A DNA stretch of 64,000 nucleotides from Basidiobolus meristosporus CBS 931.73 (taxonomy: Eukaryota; Fungi; Basidiobolomycota), in the NCBI GenBank assembly GCA_002104905.1, contig MCFE01000339.1:1-64000 (forward strand), given 5' to 3'. Below are positions 1 to 10,221 of the stretch, in pieces. The notes beneath the pieces are model-generated. The model did no database searches. It was not told the origin of the DNA and saw only the letters and a list, made by a program, of their open reading frames with translations. Position numbers and translations under genes: made by a program. The stretch's first letter is position 1. Every line of letters starts with the position of its first letter.

Positions 1-3000
1 AGTAGATGGATTACTGGGCTTACTTGGCTCCACAAAGTATCCTTGGCATTTGTCTCAAAGGGTATTGTCTCATTGCATATAGGAATTTGACTGGGCTCAT
101 ATGTGGTACTGTTGTTAGGGGAGATAGGCTCAAAATCTATTAGTGAGCCTTCTTTGTCAGAGCTATCACTCTGCGTGCCATATTCAGAAGGCTGAGGTGA
201 GCCTAAAGGCATCACAAACTCACCTGACTCAGTTTGTGCAGGGTGACAAAGATGGCCAGGTGCCAATATAGAAGTACCAACTGGCTGGCAAGATAATGTT
301 GGTACAGTAGTGACCAATGAATGGTCAAATATGACTTGGTTGGCAAAACACTGGCCATGATCCTTATAATACTTCCTATGCTGTCTGCGTGCTTCATGGC
401 TGAGAGGCTTGCCACAATAGTCATGTGGTCTTTTTTCTCTTCTCTTATGGCGTTGAGTCAAAGTAGTCTTGTCCATGGGGCAAACAGTTTGACCTTCAAC
501 AATGTAACGGTATTATATCACTTTTTGGTCAATACTCATGTGAACTTAAGACAGTCTTGTATCTGAGACATCCCACCTATATGAATGTAAGATTCAATGA
601 TGACCCGCCATAGTAGGTATTATAAATAAAGTTGTGGCACCACATACACACATATATGTAACACTATTTCCCCTTTGGTTTGACTCACTTCCATATATAT
701 GCCGCCAAAAAATAAAGCAAAGTTGTCTGGTTCTCAACCAAACCCCACTGCTGACGGCAACAGAAGAACGGTTGGACAACAGCTTGCTTTGACATTCAGT
801 GCAACAAGTAGGGCTACATCTATAAAAGGCCCTGTGGACAGTGTGCCCATTGAAGGTAATAATGCAGACTCCTCAGGCTCTCAGTCAAGTAGGCAATTGA
901 GAACCTCTGCGGAGCCTCAAGCTGACCATTGTGCTCAGGCAGATGAGAATGTAGCAAATGCAGTACCCTCTGTTGAAGATCAGCAAGTGGCCATGATAAC
1001 ATCACCACCACCCATATTAGCAAGTATGTTGTCAGCTCATACCAAAGCATTAATGAAGCAATTAGGTGCAGTGGCTGATAGGATAGATGCAATGGCCCAG
1101 AGAAATCAGGAAGTAGTCCAGAAACAGGATGAGCAGATAATACATGTAGAGCAATCAATATCCCCCATAGAGAAAGCAGTATCTTTGCTGCAACAAAGGA
1201 ACTCAAGTAGCTCAATGTCACAGCCAAGAATTGAGCCATATCCCAATGTAACAGCAGAGGAACACCATACAGTCTTTGAAGCACAACAACAGTGCCCAAA
1301 GATAAAGCCCGCAGAAAAACCTATCATGGCATGGGAGGGAGACAATGTGGTCTTTATACTAAAGCCCAAAAATCAAAGACATTAAAGATCTGTGAAGCTG
1401 TTGAGTGCAATAATGAAGAGTGGGCTAATATACAACAGGCTGTCAGAAGTCTAGCATGTCATCACCTTAAGGCTGGCATACCATTGGACCATCAGGAACT
1501 CAAGGCCAAGCAGAATGCACTTGACTTGCTCCATGAGCATTATCCTGGATTCAAACAGGCAAACAGATTTTGGGCCAGCATTGGTATGCTAAGAAAGTAT
1601 CTTAAGAATAGCAGAAACTGTCAAAGGCAGAAGAACAAGGGTGCCATGGCTAAAAACCAGCAGCTTCCTCAAGAGCCTGTTACAAGCCAAAAGCTCCAGA
1701 TAAGCATCCAAGAGATATCAGGCAGCTGGAAGAGTGCCAATTAAGGACAAGCAGGCAGACATGGATGCTCCAGCACAACCTTTATCAAGGAAAAAGTGTA
1801 GTACCACTCAAGAAGCACCCAGTCAAAGTAGCAGTGAAGGACCTGGCAGTGATAAAAACCAGCTGCTTTTATAGGAGCCCATCACAACTACAGTTGAGAG
1901 CTCAAAACAAGCTGAAAAGAAACGTCAGGTTGCCAGAAGAGTGCCAGCAAGGGACAAGCAGGCCAAAACAGATGCCTCAGAGCAGAATTTATCCAGGAGA
2001 AAATGTAGTTCTTTACAAGAAGCACTCAGACAAAGTAGTAGTGAAAGACCTGGCAGTGATAAAGGAAAAGGTAAAGGGAAAATGTCTACTCAAGCCTGAG
2101 ACAGGGAGGCATGCAAAAAAAACTGCAGTTCTTGCCAATTAACACCGCAGGCCAGGAACAGACTGAATCCCATCATAGCCAAGAAGAATTACCAAGAAAA
2201 CAGCTGTTTTCACAAGAGTTGGAAGCGCAGCCAGTTGAGCTACACTCCAGCAAGGTAGATGAGTTTGCTGAAAAAGGCAATTTGTCTACCACAGCCTCCA
2301 TTGTTGACAGAGTGAAGATCCCACTGACAGACAAGGCTACAACATCAAGAGCTCAAACAACTATCACAATGCCTTCAGTGGAGTTTTGGATCATTAATAG
2401 GCACACCAAGAGGTTGCAGCACTTCTTCAAGAGCAGTGCTCAAGAAAATGCACTGGAATATTGCAAGGATTTATTGCAAAGACTGGCAGATGAGGAACTA
2501 GACCTTGCAGTGCCAGCTGAAGACCAGGATGTGGGAACCAGTGAATGAACAGTGGCATAAAGCTGTTGGGATCCCACCAAAGTCATGGAACCAGAGCATT
2601 ACAGCAAAAATACTTATTGAGTGGTGGATTTCAATGGAGTTACTTGTTAAGTGTGGGATTGGGCTTAATGTTAGTGTAGGGTATAGAGACTTGTATAGGT
2701 CAATACAATTGGCAATTGAGGTACAACTGAAGTTTCAACGGAAATAAATCAATTTGTACGCATGAAAAGTAAGAGAAACAGTTGAGTCAGGAAGTAAGGA
2801 GTGTAAAAAAGAGGCAATAGCCAATCAATTCACACAAATGTAGGAGGCAATAGGGTGTCTGGGATCAGAAAGTGAGCAAATTGGCAGGGAACCAATCAAA
2901 AGCCACTTATACATTGTTGTGATGAAAAATTTTGACAAAGTTTTTTGTGAAATCTGGGGTGTAATTATTTTTCAACAGTCTCTGGACAGAGTCCTGACAA

Positions 3001-3078
3001 GATCAGTACCTCTCAGTCATGGGACATTAACTTTGTGACGGCCTTTTGATGGGATCATCTCAATAATTTTTCATAGGG
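1..3078. mobile_element. CACTA/EnSpm (CMC) DNA transposon, copy 1. Left part is outside the window; transposase 5' end is on the minus strand, ORF2 on plus, right terminus at 3078.
   Basis: 1-600 is homologous to 35800-36800 and to the reverse complement of 43000-43700, which lead into a Transposase_21/tnp2-type frame. The minus frame reads RPHDYCGKPLSHEARRQH...DTLWSQVSPVIHL. The end TTTTTCATAGGG (3067-3078) matches the terminus at 46331. Confidence 0.85.
699..2548 (+). pseudogene. CACTA accessory ORF2, frameshifted (coiled-coil region plus a W..Q...YPGF...WAS..L helical domain)
   Basis: Overlapping ORFs 699-1385, 1292-1744, 1765-2142 and 2111-2548. Homologous broken copies lie at 37922-40800, 41361-42990 (minus) and 46332-56750. 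Confidence 0.7.
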
Positions 3079-3135
3079 TACCTCAACAAGCCAAAGCCAA
3101 AAGCTTGAGGAGAGCCCCTCAGAGGAGGAGAATAG

Positions 3136-3663
3136 TGTCATGATCACATGACATCCCAGGTCTCCAATTATCTAGCCAAATCATGTCAGTGAAGAAATTC
3201 CAGTTCTGTATAGAAAGTTCCACTACTTTGTAGCAACTTCTTGAAAGCTCCAAATCAATGTTACACAATGGAGCATTCTATGGAAGCTTCCCATTAGGGT
3301 TTATGTAGTCCCATGCCATATATGGCAATTACATGTCACATGACCTAGTCACATGATCAGCTGACCCCTGACATATATCCATGTGATATTCCAGTCTGTT
3401 CTTTAGTATATTCTATCTTAGCACACTTACTGTGCCTCACCCCAGAACCCCATCAGTATTAGCCAATATCTCTCAGCATCCATATTGCCAAAAAGTATAT
3501 ATAGTCCTATCCCCCCTTATGTATTCCTCAGTCTGAGAAACACAGGTCTTGAATAAACAGCCTTGCATTGGAAATCCACCTTGCCTTGTTGATCCATACC
3601 TAAGTCCTTTCCTGGTCCTGCCTTGCCTAGCCCTACTCTCCTGCCTTGTGTCTATTCATAACA
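3136..3663 (+). mobile_element. LTR family B, orphan 3' or solo LTR
   Basis: Bounded by TGTCATGA...TCATAACA and preceded by the purine tract GAGGAGGAGAA. A second partial copy is in reverse orientation at 63479-63630. No matching TSD. Confidence 0.65.
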
Positions 3664-4109
3664 ATGTGATAGTTAGACCCATCCAACTTTTCAGCAGAGG
3701 GAAAAATTCCAGTAATAGCAGTAGTAGACATTACAGAAAGTGACAGCTTGGGGCTTGCAGCCTGTTGTAGGAGTCTTAGAGATATTGGAAGTAATTGGGA
3801 GGACAAGTAGATTATGTGGTTTTCACCTAATAACTTATTGAATATAAAGTGGTATTTATACTTTTACATGGCTTTGGCATAATAAACATGTATAATAGGC
3901 TTAGAAAGGTCCCAAAAGCATATGTCTAAAGTTTGGGGCTGTTTGAACAAATTTAGGAATTTTCATGTTCTAGGTGCCTGATATTTTGGTGAAAATATTC
4001 CAAGTAAATCTCAACAAGGAGTTTTGTCAGTATTCTCTAATATTTGTAGGTAATGATCTAAGTGGCTAAGCTAGATGAATTTTTAGGTGGAATTACAAAT
4101 TTTACAACA
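3664..4109 (-). mobile_element. Copia family A 5' LTR (3763-4109) with about 100 bp of degenerate PBS and gag start
   Basis: Reverse complement of the LTR at 23435-23782 and of the following ...TTTTTCCCTCTGCTGAAAAGTTGGATGG gag start. Confidence 0.8.
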
Positions 4110-4725
4110 CTATGCAAACTATTTCCCACGCGATTCATATTTTGCACATTATCCCAGGTATTGATGTTGTTTTTGGATAGGTCAAAGAGTTGCATCACAT
4201 GGGAGTTCATTCATATTGAAAAGTGTGTAAGCGCGCGGACCTAACTATATAGATAGCAAAATGCTCCACCTTGTATGGCGGATACACCACCCGGCCAATC
4301 TAGCGCGGTGGGTCCAGGAACTTCATAATGGCTTGTCAGGGCTGGAAGCATACCTATGGAAAGCTTGAAGAAATCCACAATAGAGCTCACCCGCATTATG
4401 CATTGAGCAATGTTCCGATTTGATGGTTTGTTTGCTAGGATTAATAATCAACTGCAACCGCTCATTTTGGCACTGTCCTTGTTAGATCGCCATTTGCTCG
4501 ACATTGAGAACTGGCTCACCAATTCCACAGGCACTATTGCATCAAGAGTATTTATATTCATGGTCATGTGAATCACGGGAATCTATCCAATTGTGGTACA
4601 AGTATGTGCTCTCCGCCCTCGCTTTTGCTCACTATGACCGAGATCTGCATGTGAGTCATATTGGTGGACTGGCCAGCAGTACATAAACGCATCCATGTTG
4701 CAACGCTTAGCCACATAAAGCAGAA

Positions 4726-6309
4726 ATGGATGTTGGGTCCCCGGAATTAAGAAAACACTTGCTACGAATCATCGAGCTTGCGCTATTCCGGCACGAGAAT
4801 CTGCATCAGCTTCCAACTCTGCCGGAGATGGATGAGTTGTTGACACAGGCGCGGGATGCCACTTTACTGCAGCAAAAATTGCCCATCGAGGGTCAGTCTT
4901 TAACCGCTACGATGGATGAGGTGTTTGAGAGCATCCTCCCAAGTCTGACCAATGCAGCAGGGCCAAAGTACACAAGTTAAATCGAAATCGTGTCTCGTTT
5001 CTACTCGCTAATTCTGCCTCACTCAATCTAGGTGGTTTGGCCTTGTTACAGGGGGAGTGACACCAGCGGCATTACTTGGCGACTGGCTGACCCCTCTCTA
5101 CGACTCCAACCTTATAGTTCACCTACCGGAAGAATCTATTGCGACAGTATTGGAGCAGCATGCATTGGATATGGTCCTGGATTTATGTGATCTCCCCCGC
5201 GATCGTTTTGTAGGAAAAACCTTGACCACCGGTGCTTCAGCAAGTAATGTCCTGGCACTCGCACAAGGAAGGCAGTGGGTTTGTGCGACTCGATGGAACA
5301 TAGATTCTGCGGAAGATGGCATGTGTGGCAAGGTGGTGAAGGTGCTCGGCGTCAAGGTGCATGCCAGCATTCTCAAGGCCATGAGTGTTGTTGGCTTGGG
5401 AAGAAAAAATTACATCGAGGTGTCGCAAGAAGGGAGTATCCTGGCGTGGGATCTGGAAAAGCTAGAGGCCCTCCTCAAGGAATACAAAGAGACTGACACT
5501 ACGGGGGCGATAGTTGTGGCTAGCTTTGGCGAGGTCAACACCGGTGCGTTTGTTTCGGACATCCCCAGAGTCAGAGAGCTCTGTGATAAGTATCAGGCAT
5601 GGTTACATATCGATGCTGCCTTTGGAATGTATGCGCGTGCCTCAAAGGCGTATGCCCACCTGTCACCGCACCTTGAGCTTGCTGACAGCATAACATCTGA
5701 TGGACACAAGGTAAGAGCGAAAATTTCTCGAATCGCTCGGGAGTAGTGAATGCGCGAGAAACATGCTTAATCAACCTTATGTAGTGGCTTAATGTGCCTT
5801 ACGACTGCGGGCTGTACTACACCCGGCATTTGGATGTTTCTCTGCAGGTGTTCGGAGGAATCAAGGCGGCTTACCTTGAGACCAACGCCACTGCCGATAG
5901 CATTCCCAATCCCATGAGCACCAACATTGAAAGCTCTAGGCGATTCCGAGCGCTGCCGCTGTATATGTCGCTGAAGACTTACGGTGCTGAAGGCTACACC
6001 AAGATGATCGAAAGTAATTGCTTGTTTGCCAAGAAGCTTGCCGACTGGCTTCAGCAGCATCCGCTCTACGAACTCATCACTCCATGCCATTTGAACATTG
6101 TTCTTTTCCGGGGAGCTGGGGAGAGATGGGTCGGCCGCGCTCGACATCAAGAGCTCATCCGTGCTTTGAAAGCCACGGGTGATATCTATGTCACAGCAAC
6201 GGAATGGAACGGACAGGAAGCCATTCGAGCTGCAATCAGCAACTGGCGAACCGACTTTGAACGTGACTTCGAGGTGGTGACGAACGCACTCGAGAAGGCA
6301 GTTCAATGA
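4726..6309 (+). CDS. Group II PLP-dependent amino-acid decarboxylase (aromatic-L-amino-acid decarboxylase-like). Exons 4726-4967, 5032-5710, 5785-6309; 481 aa.
   Basis: Splicing of GT-AG introns 4968-5031 and 5711-5784 gives [32 protein letters not shown] and the PLP-lysine motif DSITSDGHKWLNVPYDCG, in frame to the stop at 6309. Confidence 0.93.
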
Positions 6310-6711
6310 TTATCCATGTTCACAACTAACTCGCGATCCGTTCTGGCACAGATACGGTACACTCATGCCCCCTCCCCTTCCAAATGCACATAGGGCAGGT
6401 GTCCATTGCAACAGCAACACGCAGCATTAAATAAAAAATTGGCCGGCCTCATTGGCGGCGGAACCCTAGCCCTGACCTACGCCAAGACAAGGCTGCCAAC
6501 CCAAGACTCGTCTACCTTCTCTTCGGCTCAACGAATGGCAACGACGAGGTTGGAGGCTTGATGCAAAGTGAAAAGATCCCGATTGTCGTGCCGGCCTTGA
6601 ATTAAGGTTGTATTTATTACATGGGTATACATAAGTATTAACTACTTCTGAATTGGGCGCGCCATGAAACTTCAGTGCCATGCTTGCGAACGACGTGGTG
6701 CACGGAGCATC

Positions 6712-8499
6712 TTAGGCACTTGCTATGATCTCCTCGGCAACCTTCTGCGCCAACATGTGAATGTACAGCACTGGGAAGTAGCCAGGGATTTCGGGGAATA
6801 CAGAGGCATCCACCACGCGCAGGTTTTTGGCGCCACGAACCCGAAATTTGGAGTCAAGCACCGCCATCGCGTCTCCGTCCTCTCCAACTTTGGCTGTGCA
6901 GCAGGCATGATGTCCCCAGGAGATTTCGCGGATGTACTGCTTCAGTTGCTCATCGGTGGTTACGTTTTTCCCGGGGAGGTACTCGGTGAATTTGGACCAG
7001 ATCGAGCCGCTGGTACGCTTGCGTTGTTGGCGAATCTGGCTTACAATAGCGTTCAGGTCATCCTCGCCACCCTGCTCGAAGTAGTGGAAGTTGATGTATG
7101 GGGTATCGAAGGGGTCGGCAGAGCTCAGACGAACAACACCCGCCTTGTTCTTGGTGTGCGCCTTGAGGATAATCTGGGAGAGGGCATCCGGATGATCGGC
7201 CGCGACTTGGGAATATCCCTTGAAGTAGCCCTGGAATTGGACGGGGAAGTTAAGCGTGAACAGGTCAGGCTCGGTCAAGCCTGATTGGGACTTGTCCATG
7301 AAGGCAGACACGACGCCGTTCGAGATGTAAGGGCCTGTATGGTACTTGCGATACTCCTCGTAGCACGGATCGCTGGAATTCGCCCAGAACTTGCAGTTCT
7401 TGAGAAGGCTGAACTTGCGGTCCCACTTGACAATGAACGGCGTCTCATATCTGTCCTGCATGTTGCGGCCAACTCCGGGAAGGTGGATTTTGGTCTCGAT
7501 GTTCATCTCCGTGAGGTGCTCCTTGTCGCCAATGCCACTGAGCATGAGCAACTGAGGGGTGTTGAATGTGCCCGCGGAGATGATGACCTCCTTCCTGGCA
7601 AGGACTTGGCCTGAGGTAGCATTCTTGCGGTTCCCGTTGCTGGACAAGGGACTAGCCTTGTAGAGATACTGTCCCTTCTGGAACTCAACCCCCTTGGCGA
7701 CGTTCTGTTCATCGAGAATAATCTTCGTGGCCAGCGTATCGGTCCAAATGGTTAGTTTTCCTTGGCTGGCCACATTCTTGATGTAGCCGGAGTAGTCGCC
7801 GCGGCGGTAGGTGTTACCATCCACGTTTTGGGGCACGAAGATGGTCCCCTCTCTGTCGGACTCGAGCTTGCCCAGTAGGGTTTTTCCGTTCACATCGCGG
7901 AACGGGTTGCCAATGATGGCCGTTAGCACGTCAAGGAACTGAGGATCCAAGGTGAGCTGACGGAGGAAATTGATGTAGCTAGTGGGGAACCAGCCATCAA
8001 AACCGTGATCGGGGTTGAAGACCTCCGAGCGGTAATAGTTGCGCTCCATGCGTTTGAAGTACTTGCGCATGTTCCCTTCCTTCCAGCTGTTGTCGTTAGT
8101 GGTCTTAACCATCAAATCGAAATCCCGGGTGTTGGGATACAGGGCAATCATCGCGTGGTGGTTGGGACATCCTCCCAAGGCACCAACACGAGGATAGAAG
8201 ACGTTTTGGCGGAGACCGGTGCTTTCGGGATAGTGCTTGACGAAGTATTCAAACGAGATGGCCGGATCTTCTGACGCTCTGATGTGCAGAACGGGAGTAG
8301 TGGTGACCCCGCTGGAGTGATCTGGACCGGCCTCGATTAGCAATGTGCTGAATCCGGCTTTCGCCAGCTCAGTAGCAACTACGCCTCCACCTGCCCCACT
8401 CCCCACCACTACATAATCGAACTCCTGTTGACCCTGAACATGGAGAGTAAGCGAGAGAGTGGCCGCGATGAAGCCCAATAGATTGCGTCCTAAAACCAT
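6712..8499 (-). CDS. Secreted GMC (glucose-methanol-choline) oxidoreductase, intronless, 595 aa
   Basis: Signal-peptide-like N-terminus, FAD-binding DYVVVGSGAGG, VIISAGTFNTPQLLMLSGIG, LPGVGRNMQD, and C-terminal HHACCT and LRVVDASVFP. Confidence 0.95.
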   Translation of the reverse strand: MVLGRNLLGFIAATLSLTLHVQGQQEFDYVVVGSGAGGGVVATELAKAGFSTLLIEAGPDHSSGVTTTPVLHIRASEDPAISFEYFVKHYPESTGLRQNVFYPRVGALGGCPNHHAMIALYPNTRDFDLMVKTTNDNSWKEGNMRKYFKRMERNYYRSEVFNPDHGFDGWFPTSYINFLRQLTLDPQFLDVLTAIIGNPFRDVNGKTLLGKLESDREGTIFVPQNVDGNTYRRGDYSGYIKNVASQGKLTIWTDTLATKIILDEQNVAKGVEFQKGQYLYKASPLSSNGNRKNATSGQVLARKEVIISAGTFNTPQLLMLSGIGDKEHLTEMNIETKIHLPGVGRNMQDRYETPFIVKWDRKFSLLKNCKFWANSSDPCYEEYRKYHTGPYISNGVVSAFMDKSQSGLTEPDLFTLNFPVQFQGYFKGYSQVAADHPDALSQIILKAHTKNKAGVVRLSSADPFDTPYINFHYFEQGGEDDLNAIVSQIRQQRKRTSGSIWSKFTEYLPGKNVTTDEQLKQYIREISWGHHACCTAKVGEDGDAMAVLDSKFRVRGAKNLRVVDASVFPEIPGYFPVLYIHMLAQKVAEEIIASA

Positions 8500-10221
8500 G
8501 ACCTTATATCAAATAAAGCAGCGGTTGGCCCAAGAAGAGGCTAGCTAAGTGGATTATGAATGAAGCATCTGGGCCAGGTGCGTTGGTATTTATGTGGTTT
8601 CCGGTGGAGCTGTATCGTGTCAGCATACGCTACGAACTGCTGCTGGAGCAGAGAATTTCTTCGTGTCAGTGCAACCGATTCAGGTTCCTTCCCTTAGCGG
8701 GACGGTTGAGGTTGTAGACGATATTAAGTAGCACTGTATACGACATCCTCGTGCTACTTATCAACAGCGTTGTATTTGGAATCCCCCCTAATCCAACTCT
8801 CGCTATAGATCAGCCAGCTGTATTAAGGCGGCATCCAGGAGGAATGGATTTGGCGCAGCCTGAAACGCCGCAAGAAAATGCCCAGAGCAGACACATAAGC
8901 ACCAGTGGTTTACGCAGAGAGTAGCCCACCATCGAAAGCCGGAATGCTTGCCTTCGTGAAAGAAGTCGCATCCAGGGAACAATGCTAGACTGTGCTCAGC
9001 CGAATGCGTAAGAGTTGGAGGTTTGTACCAGCTAGAAATGCTATCTTCAGAACACCTGCATGGACTAATCCGGACCCTGAGTGGTACCTTTGTAGCATAA
9101 TAATTGATTGAGCCGTGATCTGCAAAATTACTGCCATTGTTGCTGGCATCAGACGTACCACCAAGTATTGCAATACGGTGAGCATCGCTATGTTGAGGAT
9201 CTCCATACAGATAGGTCTTCGTGACGACGGCAACTGGCCAATCTCTCCCAACCACTGGGGTGGTGGCTGTGATGTAGGATACCCAGGCCTAACCGCTCGA
9301 TCAGAGTCCGTTATCCAGGAAATACCAATACTTACTGATGGATTTGCTCGGGCGGGGACAAGTTGACAATGCAAAGCCAACCCTGCTCCAGCATTGGCCA
9401 CCACCTCAGGCAAAGCCCGCACACGCCATCGAGCGTTCTGGCTCCATGAAGCTGAGCAAAACAATAGTTCGCATGCTCCTAAACCACCGGCCAGATCTCT
9501 CGATCATCTCGCTGTGCATCCGATATAAGCGGCAATAGCCATTACGCAATGACCCAATGCAAGCCCTATTTAGCCATCTCCTGGCGAGGGAACGAAGCTC
9601 AGATTAATAGCCAATGGATGCTACATAAGCTCTGTGGAACACCTGCCAATTATGGGATTTCTGGGATTGTTGCATTCTCAGCATGAGCGTTGAAGGCCCA
9701 TTCTCGGCTCGAAATCATCACGCTCGTCTCGAGGCCAAATCAACAGTGTGCCATGCGCGACAACGTATGTCTCTGCCGAGCGCAAAATGCACCCGTGCAC
9801 CCTACGAATGAACCAGCGGTTTCGTGCTGAGCAATCTGAGTGGTGCCATTCTACATGGTAAACCGGAACTTGCGCTTGATCAGTTGTGCTCGAAGAAGTG
9901 TGTCGTGTGCTACGCTGGACACACCGTGGTCATCCATTCTAGGGATGTAAAGATGGGCGGCCCAATTCTCAGCAAACTCGATGAATGGGAAAATCAATGG
10001 TGTGCTACATTTCTTTTATAAGACCTGGGGCCACCTTCCGATGCCATTCGCCCCGCCAGGAACTCTGGATGGCGAGGCTGGAATCGTGGGACGTGCAGAC
10101 CCAATGCCGCAGCGATATAGATCGTTCAAGTGTTTATTTGGATGATAGATTAGTTCCATTGGGTATTACAAAATCAGTGGATTATTGGTGCGAGCAAGGG
10201 TGGAAAGGAAATTACACTAGA

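Noticed and set aside
6664-8274. Long plus-strand ORFs opposite the GMC gene
   Set aside because: Antisense shadows of a GC-rich, codon-biased gene, with no recognisable motifs.
4726-8499. Decarboxylase plus GMC oxidase as a biosynthetic gene cluster
   Set aside because: The pair is convergent with no shared promoter, one enzyme is secreted and the other cytosolic, and there is no backbone enzyme or transporter nearby.
8803-9538. Several 60-160 aa ORFs between GMC and cotH
   Set aside because: They overlap on both strands with no motif or consistent splice model, though a degenerate gene cannot be excluded.
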